Part shown: in pieces, positions 25,893 to 55,202 of the stretch
Layout of the letters: each line of letters opens with the position of its first letter
Position numbering within the stretch: position 1 is the first letter of the stretch
Origin: Amoebidium appalachense
Taxonomy: Eukaryota > Protista > Ichthyosporea
Assembly (NCBI GenBank): GCA_963693365.1
Contig: CAVNZM010000001.1
Coordinates: forward strand, 12,674,161 to 12,738,160
DNA: 64,000 nt
Direction: 5' to 3'
Translations under genes and position numbers: made by a program
Notes under the pieces: model-generated
What the model saw: the letters and a program-made list of their open reading frames with translations, nothing else
Database searches by the model: none
What the model was told of the DNA's origin: nothing

Positions 25893-25991
25893 ATCATTGG
25901 CTATGAGGCAGCAAACTAGGGCTCTGCCCTGGCCGCTACCTATATTTTTCTTGATTGCTGGGGTTTGGGAAACCAAAAGTTAACGTTTGTA

Positions 25992-26085
25992 TGGCTGAAA
26001 ATAGGTGGGGTGGATGAAAATAGGTGGGATGGTTGAATATAGTTGGGATGGTTGCAAATATGTGGGATGGCTAAAGGTGGGCATG
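25992..26085. repeat. Degenerate ~19-bp tandem repeat downstream of the phosphatase stop
   Basis: GAAAATAGGTGGGATGG-like unit, about 5 copies. Confidence 0.65.
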
Positions 26086-26781
26086 GATGGTGATGGGGCT
26101 TCACAAAGTCAGGGGACTTATGGTGCTGGTGGGCTCAACTGGCAGTTAGACTAAGACAGCTGGCCTCTTTTACGGCTCCTGTCATGTATCATTGCACCAT
26201 TAAACGGTCAGCATGTGCTCTCATGTGCATGCCATACCCTTGCAGCCTATGACACTCCGTCGGCAGGTTAGACTGCTAGACTGTCAAGGAGCTTTGACTA
26301 GCTAACAAACGCTCACGTACACCAATTGCGTTTGAGCACACGTTCAAATTTATTTTCATTGCCTCCACCCGTGCCCTATGGTAGTATCTGCAGCTGCGGA
26401 TTTAGGTTGCACCATGGCCATCACTGTGCATGGCGCCGTGAACTTTCAAGGCCCTGCCTCTGCAACTGTTTTGCGCTTACAAAACTCGTAACCCCCCCCC
26501 CCCCCCCCCCCCCTCCCCCTCAACCCAAAGGTCCCTCCCCCCACTCAGCCTCCCCCTCCTTTCCCCCTTTCCCCCATCCCCACACACACCCACACATCCA
26601 CATACACCCACCCACACATGCACACACACCAGCACCAGCACCACCACCACAACACACGTGTTCACACACCTTTCTCCCTCCGGATCCTTATCCCAAATAC
26701 ACTTATCTTTGAACCATTCTACTCTTGATTGAAAGTGATGAATGCATTAATAAATCCCCGCCTCCCTCTCCTTCCCCCCCC

Positions 26782-26815
<34 letters not shown>

Positions 26816-27621
26816 CGGGAGGCTCCCGTGCACGCGAGGCTGTGGCTAGAATTGAATTGACTTGTGTGTACAGTACTAGTGTGTCCGTCTTGAGTTGATG
26901 CTATGCATGTGAATTGAATGACTAGCACAATTGAAAATATGGTACTTGTGTGTGTGTGCATGCCCACACATGTACAAGGGGGGGAGAGAGACAATACTAG
27001 ATTCCAGATCGACAATAATAAATAGTACACAAGGCCGATGACAAACCTATGGTATGGAGACACACACTTCATGTCTGGCTCGACAACACACAAGGTGGCC
27101 ATGCATAAGACAAAGCACGTCCACTTTGATTATGGTGATGTGGGTGGGCCTGAACACACTTATGGCCGTAGCTATGCCCATATTTGGCAATATCATATGT
27201 TAGACAGAGTGATACTAGTATGAGCCATACACATGCAGGCCCCCAGTTCGTATTGAGTACATCTCTCCTGTTTGGATTGTGTAGTATCTCGTATCCAGTC
27301 AGCAGTGGGCATACATAGCAACACATTGCAGCTACATGTTATATATATCATGCATACGGGGTACATGTTGTGTTTGGGGATTGGCCGCGCAAGGGGGGGG
27401 GGGGGGGGGGGGATAAAGTGCAATGAATGATCCCCATGATACATATCATGCATACTTATACGCACACTGCCTTTGGAGGTCTATTCAACAGCATGCCCTG
27501 TGGCCACAGACCACAACTAGATTGATGGCCTTACAGATACAGGTGTTGGTCAAATCTGTTCAAACCGGATGCAAATGAGACGAAAGCCAGAGCCCTGGCG
27601 ACTGCACCACAAACATTTGCG

Positions 27622-27772
27622 TGCTAACGTTACTAATGATAGAATACACCACAAACAAATGGTTACTAATGTTACTAACACTTCAATATTCAGAGCGCTA
27701 ACATTGGCTTGCTAATACTAGAATACACCACAAACAACTGCTTACTAGTACTAGAATACACCACAAACAGGC
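27622..27772. repeat. Short dispersed/tandem repeat
   Basis: TAGAATACACCACAAACA occurs three times (~27639, ~27719, ~27752). Confidence 0.65.
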
Positions 27773-28131
27773 AACGTAACAAGGTGAGTGGGATGCTAAC
27801 TGGGAGAATTGGCAACATTCCGGTGGATACAAGCTGGTGTGCATAGTTAATAATAGCGTGCATATATTACACATGAAGGTTGACCCCGTTGGTGTGTATG
27901 CGTATTCCTGCGTATGCACATATTCAACACTTTAAGACAACAATAAGAGGGTAAGAGCATAAAGGGAACTTCAAGTTTACAAACTGTACAACAAAGTAGG
28001 TGTTCTACAGTAGCACTAGTGAACCGTTAAAGGTTCTGTACTAAATCTATACATGGTGGTGGTGGATGTTGGGGTGACCGCATGGTGGTATTCGAAGCAG
28101 AAATATGCGATCATGATGTGAGGTGTTTGGC

Positions 28132-36985
<8,854 letters not shown>

Positions 36986-37331
36986 GTGTGCAATTCAGTG
37001 ACGTCTACCAAGAGGGGGAATGTGGGCTCGAAAAAAAAGAAAAGCGAGGCGAATGCCAAAGGGAAGTGGAGGAAAGGAGCTATCTTCGGGTCGGGTAAAC
37101 CTCTGTATCCAAAACGTCTCCCGTCTCATGACGAGGTCTAGGGGTCGTCGTGAAGCCTAACTCAATCTCTTCTCTCTCGTTCAGTTTGTGTGTATGTGGA
37201 GGAGCGCAACAAAGACAGATGTGCTTTTTAAGCAGACTTGCCCACTCACTAGATCTTGCATAGGCCTGAGAGTCATCCCATGAGCCTCAGACTGCGAGAT
37301 AAGTGGCCGGAGCAGCCGGAGCGACGAAGGT

Positions 37332-37928
37332 TTTCCCGCGCAATCTGGTTTTCGCTTTATATAGCTAATCAATAACGATCGGGCCAACCAGATGCTTTAC
37401 AATTGGCGGGAAAAGCTTGCCAAGAACACATAACCAGACAAAAAAAAAAAAAAAACCTGCAAGCAAACACTTTAACAAGCACATGTGTACCCGCAAACGC
37501 TCACTGGCGTTCACAGCGTTCACAGGCATCATCACGCTGCCGGGCACGTGGACACATGTTCACATGTACATATGTACACATGCATGCATACACCAGTATA
37601 CACGCGTGCCGAACTGCCGATGTAAATTCCACAAATACGCACACAGTGACACACGCAAGCACGCATGCAATGGCAGAAATTCTATGTTTGAGCGCTTGCG
37701 TACCTTTTAGGGGTTTGCCGACAAGGGCAGAGTGCTTTTAAACTTTCAAAGTTTCAAACGTTAGCCCGCCGCACACTCCGCCGGCCGACCCAGTGCTCGG
37801 CGGCGGCTTCAGCATGGCCATGGAATGAGATTTCAAGTCGGAGGAGGGTAAACGAAACTGCGATATTTCCCGCGCAAAAGCAAAAATAACTATTTTAGGC
37901 TAATCGTTGGTGATCTGACCAACGGGAT
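37332..37928. promoter_or_regulatory. Divergent intergenic region with E2F-like motifs
   Basis: TTTCCCGCGC at 37332 and 37866, TTGGCGGGAAAA at 37403; lies between head-to-head start codons at 36985 (-) and 38614 (+). Confidence 0.35.
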
Positions 37929-38475
37929 TCCGGGACAGGTCTGGCCAGACTGGCTCGCGGGTGGCGACTTGACGTCAGGCTCAAGTCTCTGGCTCAGTGC
38001 GTCAGTCACCCCGTCACCCCGGACGAAAAAACTCGGCTAAGAAGAAAAGTGCCGAACTCGTTGCAAGCCGGCAGGGCTCAGTGGCTGTGTAGACTGTGAC
38101 TGTGGAAGCTCGAAGTTTTGTGCGCGTGTGTAGAGGCTGAGCTAGTGTATAGGTGCTGATTGAAAGCGCCGAAAGGTGGGTGTGTTGGTGACTTGGCGTA
38201 CACCCCTATCACGCACCGACTCCTGTGTTCCTGCTCCTTGGATGATCCGGTGCGATCAAAAACTGTAAAACAACTGCGTGCACGAGCTTCCATGATTTTT
38301 AGTTACGCTAAAGCCTTGTCATAACCAAAGCAGTATGAGTTTAAACGCGTCAGTCCCTTTGAGATCCCATAAACTTGGTGCACCCAACTTTATGTCACAA
38401 AGACCGCCCCTCCCCCCCCTCCCTCCCCCCCCCCCGCCCCCTCTCCCCCTGCCCCCCATCCCCACCCATTGCCCC

Positions 38476-38528
<53 letters not shown>

Positions 38529-38613
38529 TTCGACATTCCTAAGTTTCCCGCATGTCAAACATCCCATTCCATTCCTCAACTTGCGACACTCTGCATCTGG
38601 CCACAGAGAAAGG

Positions 38614-45019
<6,406 letters not shown>

Positions 45020-45137
45020 CCGCATGCCTGGCCCCCCTAAAAATAGTAATAATGGATATTTGCTGGGGTGTCGGTGGATTGGTTGAAGGAAGGAGTGTGT
45101 GCAACTTATTAGCCTAGCGCGTAGGATTAGCTACCCG

Positions 45138-45405
45138 ACTGGATGCTAAAAATAGCCCTTCCCTGTTGGTTGGAGGTGCATGCCAAAAATATCCCATGCA
45201 GCAGGGTTGAAAGAATAGCTCTTGCACCCCTGGTTCAAAGTTTATGCATGGTAACCTGATTGCATGCTAAGAATAGGCCTGGCAACTTGGCTAGATGCTA
45301 AGAATAGCCCCTGCCAGCTCACTGGTTGGATGCTAAGAAAAGCTCTTGCAATCGTTTTGCTAAATATAGCCCTCGCAGCCCGGCTGGATGCTAAGAATAG
45401 GCCCA
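45138..45405. repeat. Degenerate repeat array between the convergent AFMID and ELAV 3' ends
   Basis: GATGCTAAGAATAGCCC-like core about 7-8 times, mostly at 30-35 bp spacing. Confidence 0.7.
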
Positions 45406-45689
45406 TGGCTCGGACATAGGCATTGTGAGTCCCAACAGTTCATTAGGCCCATGCCTCGGACAGTGCTTGTGGTGAGACTGTTTACTGAACCAGCAGTACC
45501 GACATGTACATTCTGGGGCCGGCCAGCCACGGACTGGCCCTGCGCCCCTCTGGGGGTGCATCCCCCTAGCCCTTCTTGCTCTCACGGTGTGGCTCCTGCC
45601 TAAGCCTTGTGTGTGTGTGGTGTGTGTCTCTGTGACTGGTACACATGAGTGTTTTTATATATACTCTGTTGTGCTTAAAACACACAATC

Positions 45690-45720
<31 letters not shown>

Positions 45721-45964
45721 TGAAGGCAGACGGGGTCATGCAGACATTACAAACTAAACAGATACACTTTAGTTTGCACATAGACGTTGCAAACTAATGT
45801 GTCACATTACATTAGGCTGTAATTCGGAAGTAGCAAGGCAGGCCATTCAACGCAAACTAAATCACCGAGCCATACACGCACCGGGCACCATACACAAACA
45901 CACTGCAAACTAAAGCTAAGTTCCAAACGAGGGGGTGCCCTAGTGGCTGGGCTGCAGCTATGCC

Positions 45965-46244
45965 TTAGGGCGGCGGTCGGTCTTGAAGGCCACGTGCAGG
46001 GCCTTTGTGCCCAGCTGGTAGCCGTCCATGGCCGCAATGGCTGCCTGCGCCGCCGAGTAGTCCGCATAGTTGACAAACGCATAGCCCCGCCCCTGCATCA
46101 CCTGCACACGAATAACACGTGAGTGTGCTGCACAAGTCGGTGGTGCCTACATAACACTGCCACACTGCAGGTCTGTCCGTGTGTGTGTGTGGGTTGGGGG
46201 AGGGTTGGGGAGTGGGATGTGTGTGTGTGTGTGTGTTGGTTTTT

Positions 46245-46284
<40 letters not shown>

Positions 46285-49200
46285 TCGCACGGCTAGGTGG
46301 AAAAGTCATAAGTGCACACAGTGATCACGTACCCGCACGCTGAGGATGGGGCCGAACTGAGCAAACATGCCGTAGAGGATCTGGTCCGACGTGCCGTGGG
46401 GCAGGTTGAACACAAACAGGCTGTACTGGCCCACCCCCCGCCCGTCCATGCCTGCGGGTGGCGCCAGGGCCCCCACGCTATACGAGGCCATGTTGACGGC
46501 TGCAGCGCCATAGGCCGATGCCTGCTGGGCTGCCATGGGGTTGACCCCGTTGGTCACACTGCGGGCCATGGGGGGCAGCAGGGGCATCTGCATGGCCCCT
46601 AGGCCGGCAGCCCCCATGCCCAGGCCCAGAGTGCCCACGGCACCGTAGGCCTGCGGGGCCATGGGCATGCCCCCGGGCAGCATGAACCGCTGCATGCCCC
46701 GTGGGCCCTTGCGCCGCAGCCCTGTGTCCATATCACCCCATGTCAGCCACCACCCAACGCCCATACACCTACTATGGGGTGGAAAGAACAAAATCGATTT
46801 GCATACTACTGTTGTAGAGCTACCTGATTGGTTAAAATTAAAAACGTATGAGCCAATCAAACTCTTTGACGGAGTTTTTTTTTGGCGGGAGATTTCGTGA
46901 TATTTTAATATCACGATTCACATCGCAGGCATCATGACGTTGAGCACACTCGCAACACAGTGTGTATACGTATATACGACCCGTTCCAGTTTCTGAGTTT
47001 TCGCTTGGCTGTTGAAAACCTCATTATTTTCCTGTTTCTGTTTACCCTGTCTCATCGAAATGTTAGCTCATTTGCCATGTCGTCCAAGCGCTCTTACGAA
47101 AGTGCACTTGGCGACCTGGGAAACCTGAGCCCAAGGTTCCGAAAGCGAGGATACAACCGTGATTACATTAGACGAAAAGCTGAAGAGGGCAAAAATAGAG
47201 AGCGTACAAAAGCTGCATGCACAGGGCCTTATTGACGAGAACGCACAAAGCTTTGGTGTAGTTGTAGTGTTGTTTTCAACGGTAATGGTTTTTTGGGGGG
47301 GATTGGACTGCGTGATTTGTAGCGATTGGTTGAAACAGCACCATGGCTCCATGGAGTTGACCAATAGCAGCTTGCCAAAACCGCAGTAAATCGTCGTGCG
47401 ATTCTAGTTTGTTCCTTTCCACCCCATAGTATACACGTTTTTTTTTATCAGGTTTCAAGTTCTTTTCTGAAGGGGGGGGGGGGGGGGGGGGGTTGAATGC
47501 GTCAAAAAGTACGAAGTACACAAGAACAAACGGATAACACGATGCAGAATGCAAGCCATACATAAAGAGTATGCATAATAAGCAGAGCCCATCCTCAGGG
47601 GGGGCCCACGTCATCCACAGTACCCGAGTTTCGACCTATTCCCCTCGTTAACGAAACCCAACTCAGATACTGTTTCACTTGAACATGAGTAGGTCACCCG
47701 TCTTGATCAGAGACGAGCAGGGGGGGGGGAGGGGGGGGTCCCTTATGGGAACCACCGATGTACCCTAGCTAGCCTAAGGGTGCTAATAGCGCATTCAGCT
47801 AAGTTACTACATCTTCACCAATTCCAACTTCTCTTCATCATGTTTTTGGGCCCGCCTCGCCAGTGGGCAGGGCATATATACATGCATGCCAGTGATGTAT
47901 GGTGTACACTGCACACACCTGTGTTTGCAAACTTGACGATCAGCGGGGAGTCTGTGCCGGGGATGCGGTAGTTGTGCAGGTTGGCCTGAGCCGTCTCGGC
48001 CTCGGACCGCAGGCTGAACCGCACAAAGCCTGACCCGCGGGACACGTGCGTGTGCTGGTCCCGGAGAATCTGCGACAAAGTCAGCACACAGGCCAGATGC
48101 TGTGAATGGCAAGGCACTGTGCTGCATGTAGATGCAGCGTGCTAAGCCTTAGAACACTAATGTGGCACAATGTGTTACAGCAATGGCGTAAACTGAGACA
48201 GCACTCTGTAATCATTCAAAACTGTACCCAGAGCTATCGGATACATAAAGCTGTCACAGTCACGCGGCCAGGTGGTCACGGTGACCCCAGCAGCTCAGAC
48301 TGAGACATTATACGTAGTCGGGCTACCAAACAAGAAACTCTAAAGCCAACAAAATGGCCCGCTTAAGTTCACTTGCAATTTCCCCGTGTGACGTTCATAC
48401 TTGATATGACGTCAAGCTTGGTGTTGGTTTCAATGATTGCCAAATGCTTCGCCTGTATCAGATATTGGACAGTACTCTACTTCAGGCACCGCCGGTTGCC
48501 CATATGGCCATATAAAGTAACCCAGGAAAAATCCCTACTGAATAATCATCAGCTACCCAAACCTACAGTCGACACCCTCTGTGGCATTGCGCATATCCGA
48601 CTCGTGAATAACAATATCAATCTGTCAGATATACACATAAATACTGCAGTGTCATGATCTATGTTCCGTGCCGCTCACGATCCTGGACCATGGACATACA
48701 TCAGGGAGCCATCAGGTACGGAAATGTGTGCCATCACCATGGCAGCCTGATTCACTGCCAGAGTGTAGCCAGTTTCTACTTGTCTAATGGAGGTATGAAT
48801 ACGGCAGTATATGCAGCCGTTGTGTATACATGTCCTGAGTTTGTTGACCCCATCCTCCCCCTCCCCACCTCCTCCATTGTAAGCAGTGCCGTCCTCATGC
48901 ATGCACATGCCAACCATGTGCATGCCCTCCGCTCCCCCCCCCCCTTTAAGCTATCCCCAAACTTGACTGGACCGCATGCATGCAAACATCCTGTGACACT
49001 GCCGGGTGACCAGGTCTTTTCAAACTTCACACAACACCGGATGTGCCGACAACCAAACCCCCCCCCCCCCCAAAAGGCCAAGCACGCTAAATTGATGCCC
49101 CCCCCCCCCCCCCCTGGGGCCCCGCACCCCCCCCCCCCCCACCCCCCCCACAAACACACCTTAGTCTCGATGATAACACCATAGGGGGCAAAGAGCACAC

Positions 49201-50386
49201 GCAGAGCCTCCTCGTCATATTCCAGGGGCAGGCCCGACACGTACAGGTTTGCCCGCTGGATGTCCTCACTGCTCTTGCGTGCCATGCTGACCTGCAGCCC
49301 CCAAATGTCAGCACCAAACACACCCAAACCCACAATCTGTTTCCCCTTCCCAGGCAAGTTGCCTTCTAACAACTACTAAGCCTTGCTCTGCCTATGGCGG
49401 GGAGTGCAAGGGGAGAAGGAGGGAGTAAGGAGGGAGTTGGAAAGGGCAAGGGGTTCCAGTTGCAGACAACCGTTGGCCTCACAAACCACTTCAAAGCTAC
49501 AACCGTAAGGCTCCAAAAACACCGTGCCTCTATGGTGCCTCCGTTCCGCAAAACTAATTCCCAAAAACACATGTATGGACTATATCTCAAAAACAAAGCC
49601 AACACTGTCCACTTACAGAGGCATTGCATTTCCGAGTGATTCCGACGTGAACAGTTTCAAGCTGATTCAGCGTTTTCTTATGGAAAATGAAACCAATACA
49701 ACGATCTTTTCTTTGTGACCCGCGGATTGCATATCCGTGCCCCATCACCACTCACAACACTCAAAAGCCGTGTTTTTACCAAATAGCGCAGATTCAATGC
49801 TTCGGAAGAGTATCGCTTGTGCGCGCCAAAACTCAAAGATGGCCCAACCAGTCCACCCGATGACTCGCCTCAATTATGCCAAAGACAGTCTGAACAAGCC
49901 GGTATCTCGAAGCACCCCAGTTTTACAAGACTAATCCACCTGAGCATGATCTTTGTCACCTAGGTCACAGTTCAGTAGTGACATCTGGCAGTCGGCCGTG
50001 ATGCCAACTGAATCTATCAGCACCGGACTTTTGCAGATTACAGCACCATTATGGTTAAGCAATGCAGCTACTTTGGGGTGCTATGGCCCCAGCGGCTCCA
50101 ACAACCACCGAAGCAGGTACTTGTAACCCTGTCTAGACTAAGTAGACTGGCCTGCATCCTCAGATCACGAACACCGGCACGGAGCAGGCAGCAAGCCACT
50201 AGTAGGCTAAGGGGACCCAGCTCGGCAAGTCATATGCACTCGAAGCTAAATTATCAAGTCGCGAACACACTTCATCATAGTATCTCGGATATACTTTCGG
50301 GTTAAGCAGGGACGATAGATGGATCAGACCACACAAAGACAACATGGGCCCTCTCTCCGTCACAAGGCATGTGCGCCAACCTCTTC

Positions 50387-50417
<31 letters not shown>

Positions 50418-51262
50418 CCACCTTTAGGCGCTTGCCCCTGATGGTCATGCCATTCATTGCCTGCTGGGCCTGCACGGCATGTTCGTCGTGGGCCATGACC
50501 ACAAACCCGTAGCCCATGCTTATGCGCGTGGCCTTGTTTAGCACCACCTTTACATTCTCCACCGGCCCAAACCGCTCAAACAGCACCTGCCCAGACACCC
50601 CGGCGTCAGAAAAAAAAAGTATCACGGCATTTGCTAGCTACTTAACATTCCACACTCCATCAATACGTACCAGGACATGGGGCAGCAAGCTCAAGTTTTC
50701 GCCATGTTTAACGAACAGCAGCCAAAACTACCGGCTATGAGACAGTAGTGGATGTGTGAGTACTGCCCGTCTTGCAACACGCAACACACTAACGAGTGAT
50801 TGCCACACCACCCACTGCACCCAGCTTCACTGACACCTCGTTTTGGCACCAAGCCCACAACAAAAAAGAACGTTAATAGCGCCCCGAACTTGCCACTCAT
50901 TCTCGCCACCATACTTGACACACCAAGCACAATAACAACGTCCCTGGTGAACAAGGTGTGTGCATCACCAAAGACACCTGAGAGGCAACCTCGATGGGGG
51001 CATGACCAACATGAGCCACCACATTATGCTGCCCTCCCACTGGTATACCCTTCACCTTGCTAACATAAAGGGGTGGCAGAAAGGTCTTGCCTGCTAGCAC
51101 GGCACTTACCCTCAGCTCTGTCTCGGACAGATCGTGTGGCAGGTAGTTTATGATCAGGTTACGGTTGCTGGTATCCACGGGGGTGACACCGTGCTGCTCT
51201 AGCCCGCTGTCGTTCTCGTTCAGCCCGCCGTGGCTGCCCGTGACCTCGCTGTCCGCTGCCAT
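45965..51262 (-). CDS. elav: ELAV/Hu-family RNA-binding protein with three RRMs. Exons 51262-51110, 50586-50422, 49291-49160, 48069-47919, 46721-46333, 46101-45965
   Basis: NLIINYLP, SMGYGFV, KRLKVSMARKSSEDIQRANLYVSGLP, SRGSGFVRF, PLIVKFAN, a Gly/Met-rich hinge, LFVFNLP, RGYAFVNY, LHVAFKT: canonical ELAV layout. Confidence 0.93.
46770..47431. mobile_element. Non-autonomous Tc1/mariner-like element (MITE) in ELAV intron 4
   Basis: Imperfect TIRs TA|CTATGGGGTGGAAAG(G)AACAAA at both ends, flanked by TA dinucleotides; no transposase ORF. Confidence 0.75.
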
Positions 51263-51759
51263 TTCTAACTGAACTTAAAAAATACACAAAGCAGTGCCTG
51301 CAGCGAACTTCAGAGCTAGTGTGATGTGCAAGCTGCCCTCTAGTGCTCTGCCGTGTGGGTGACCCAGGACATTCTACCTGGCTGCCCAGTGCCACGATTT
51401 TCCTCTGCCAACTGCTAGCTACCACGCCCCTATGTCTGCGTTGCTACCAAGACCTACTCAGGCAGGTGCAGGTGTCTGTCGGCCACGCCTCCGTTGTGTG
51501 TGTGCGTGCCTATGTGCGTGGACGGCATGCACACCGCCCCTCCTGCCACGGCTTCAGTCTTTTGGCGGCCACACGGTCCCCACACCACAGGCACAGGCGC
51601 CTCACGCTGAGTGGCTGGGAAAACGCCATCCTGGGCACCAGCGCCAATCCGATCGACTAATTTAGGTAGTTGAAATTCCAAAAGCAATCTGTTTACGCCA
51701 TATATGGATCGTGCCGAAGATCCGCTTCCTTTTTGTGAGTCTTTCGAAAGCAGCTGATT

Positions 51760-52118
51760 GAGCCGCTTCGCGTGGATCTAGATATCTAAATAACCAGATT
51801 GTTAAATCTACGTATAAACCTGTCGCAATCCGATTGATCTGTTAAAGTTTTTAAGTTTGCATGAAATCTAGATTAATATCGACGGGCCAGATGGGCGAAT
51901 CTGGAAGAGGGGGAGGGGGGGTCTTCTAGATATCTGGGATGAGACGATTGGTCCTGCCTAAATATTTCTTATCCAATAGAATTGCAATATACAATTTAGA
52001 TAGTCCAGTTTCTAAACTGCTAAACGCGAATCGAGCAGACTTTAAGATATTTAGAAAACAGCTTTGGTTCTCTAACTTCGCCGAGTATTTAGATATTTAA
52101 ATCCACGCGAAGCGACTC
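51760..52118. mobile_element. ~360-bp MITE upstream of ELAV
   Basis: TIRs GAG(C/T)CGCTTCGCGTGGAT(C/T)TA(G/A)ATATCTAAATA; ATT on both flanks (3-bp TSD). Confidence 0.8.
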
Positions 52119-53701
52119 ATTGGCTGCATGACATCTGAGGAATGGAAAGAGCTCGAAACAAATAGGCACGGACTCGATGCGATTGGTGAACTATATGGTA
52201 CGTTGATACAGGAATCTTCAGAAATTGCGTCGACAGTGACACGGTCTCCGCGTGTGCCCGAGCCGAGGCTCTGTGGGCGAAACCGATTCGGACAGATTCG
52301 GAATCGGATTGGAATTGGTGTAGAGTTCGAATCGGATTGAGAACCGAGTTATTATTGAATTGGTACAAAGGCATAAGGGTGTAACCCGAATTCGCAACAT
52401 TATCTGACATCTGATTTGGAGGCTCTGAGAAGACTAATGCACATCAGATAGTCTTACTTGTGCCATGGCTCTGAGCACGCGTGGCCCAAGGCCTAAGGGC
52501 CCTAAGTTTTCTCTACAATGGGCTAACGGTGTTTTCAAAAGAGCTCAGGCTGCGTTGTTAGCACTTGCTCTCTGCCGGGGCTCGCGTGTTTTTACTGCTT
52601 TGCTCGTTCCGCCCTAGCAATCCTGCTTTGGACGCTGACTCATCTGGGGCGGAAATCGGAAATCGCTTCGGAATCGGATCGGAGTGGTAAGGTATTTGGA
52701 ATTGGGTCGGAATCGATCTAGGATTCGGAATCGCGTTGGAATCGGTAAGGCTTCAGAACCGGTCGAGAACCCGATTCGCAATATAACCTGACTCATCATG
52801 CCTGCGCATGGACTGGTTTGCGGCGGCCCACTGTGACAGGCTGACGTCACTGACTCACAAGCTGCAAGTGACAGGCGCGAGGACATGCGCCTCACGGTTG
52901 ACACTTCTATCACGTGTACTGGTTGCCACGATACGTGTTTGGTCGGAATTCAGCGTCCGCTCGTGTTTTACCGCCGGCGCACATGTAGGCCGTGTAACCC
53001 GTCCAGGTCGCGTGCTTTGGCTTGCAAATGCGCGCTCTGACTTGGAAATCCAATCAAAAAAATTAACGGGAGCGTTGGGTAGATTGAAGCACCGCGCTCC
53101 ACAAAATTGTTTGGCGCACCCTGATTGGCTGTGAGACCCTCTTTTCTTGACATCTCACGTGAGACAGCCCCCCTCCCCTCCTTCTAAACCTACCCTTCGG
53201 CTTTCAGCCTCGGTCGGGAAGAACGGGACACTTGCATTCTAACTCTATTCGTGGTTTTTCTGAAGAGGCACCAAAAGAGACGGAAAATCCTTAAATATTA
53301 TTCTAAAATTTTTATTTAGAATGTTTTTAATCAATCACGCTAATGCCTTCGTGAAGTTCGTTGCAGCAAAGCGGCTACATTCTTGTGATGTTGTGGCTCG
53401 AAGGGGAACGTGAGCCAGGCTGGCAGGGCAGGGCGGCCCGCGGCCAGCCACTAACTATATCATGTCGACCCCGCGGGGCGGCCACAATTCAACTACAGTA
53501 TCATATTCAGACAACTCCTATTGAAGAGTGTTTAAATGTAGCAATTTTTCAGTTCATCAGTCCCTCTTTTCTTGGGCAACAAAATTCAATAGACACAACC
53601 TCACAACTATGATCGTTTTTATCTCGCGGCTGGTCGTCGGCCTTCAGTGATCCTGATGCATCACATGATCCGCGTGGCTCAAGAGAGCGCGCCGCTATTT
53701 A

Positions 53702-55202
53702 GGGCCTGTTTGGCAACGCGGAGTTACGAACTCCGGCGTAGACCGTATACGCCGGGTATCAAATCAGTATCCAGATTCTGACTTGTAATCCGGATTTAGG
53801 TCAAAACCACCGCTCGTGCCAAACAGACAACACTTTTTTCAGCTTAGTTTACCAAGTCACATTGCGCAAGTTTTACGTTGATCGGAGTGCGCATACTTTG
53901 CACGTATATCGTACCTAGGACTCAGTACTATTTTTTTTGTAGTGACTGTGCAGTGTCCCGTATGTATGTATTTGTATACACTGTGATGATACCATTTGCA
54001 TATATAACAACAACAACGTTTCCGGTTGCAAAACCACTATGTATTTAGCACGAAACATGGCCCTCCCGGCCGCAATTGCAGCAATTGCATTCTTTGCTTC
54101 CCCCTATACTACAGGCATCTTGTCGGTTCAGACAATCTTGACCGATGTGCAAAAGATTGTCTAATGGTAAAAAAAAAGTTGCCTACAAGTTGGCCGCGAA
54201 GAGGAAGAATAGTTGAGGGGGGGCTTGTTTTTATACGACCTACCACACGTGGCCGGCTGTGTGTGGCTGTGTCGCAGCCTGCGCTCGGCCGCGGGCTGTC
54301 GCAGGCTCACCAGCAAGGCATGCTACAGCCGGTGACAACGGACTTTCCGTTTGGCGCCTTTTCCACTTTAACTTTTTTTGGCTATATTGTACTGCCGACA
54401 ATTGGCCGAGAGAGAAATGTATGTACGTTTCATATGCGCAGCAGATGAAAGATGTTTCACGGATCACTTCGGGCGCAGGCAGCCGGGCGGCCCATGACGT
54501 CACGGGCCGCGGCGCCAGGCGCAGCCGCAGCGGCGGCTGACATCGGTCTGGCGCAGCGCCTGACGTCAGGCGCCACCAGCGCCGGTATTTCCGGCGCAGC
54601 ACACTGCAGATGCAGGCCACCTTCGTTTTCGCCGTGTGCTGCACGTACGGTTTTTGTTAGCACGATTGCGTTTTCGGTGGCTAGCACACGGCGGCTCCCA
54701 CCCACCCACCTCTCAGTCTGTATACATGACGGTGTACGTATGCGACTGTGACTGGCTCACAGCCCGATTGCAGCGGCAATAAAGCATGTCGAGGCGGGGC
54801 CCAGCCCCGGCTGGTGCGGGGGGGGCTCATGGCATGGACCCCCCCTGGCGGCCCCCGCCTCGGCCAGCCCCTTGGGTGCAGGCACGACGGCCTGCACTCC
54901 ACGGACACGGGGGGCATGAGGCAAGCACGAGTGAGTGATGTGAAAAAAGGTCTCACGACATGAATTTTCATTGGTTTAGACCTTCACACGGCGTTGAACA
55001 TTTCGCGCATAATCCACCTCCGGAGGTGGATTATAGAAATTGGAGTACAAGCGATGTCCAAGGGGTTTGAAACCCGGCGTACACAGGCCAGATTGGGCCG
55101 TCTGTTTGGCATCGCGGATTTCAGAAAATCCGCTTTAGCCCTAACTCCAAAATCGGCTTACTCCGGAGTATGGCCGCTAACTCCGCGTTGCCAAACAGGC
55201 CC
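53702..55202. mobile_element. PIF/Harbinger (Tourist-like) non-autonomous element, 1.5 kb
   Basis: Perfect 25-bp TIR GGGCCTGTTTGGCAACGCGGAGTTA with TTA target-site duplication on both sides. Confidence 0.92.

Noticed and set aside
47079-47235. Short ORF inside the intronic MITE
   Set aside because: Too short and lacks transposase motifs.
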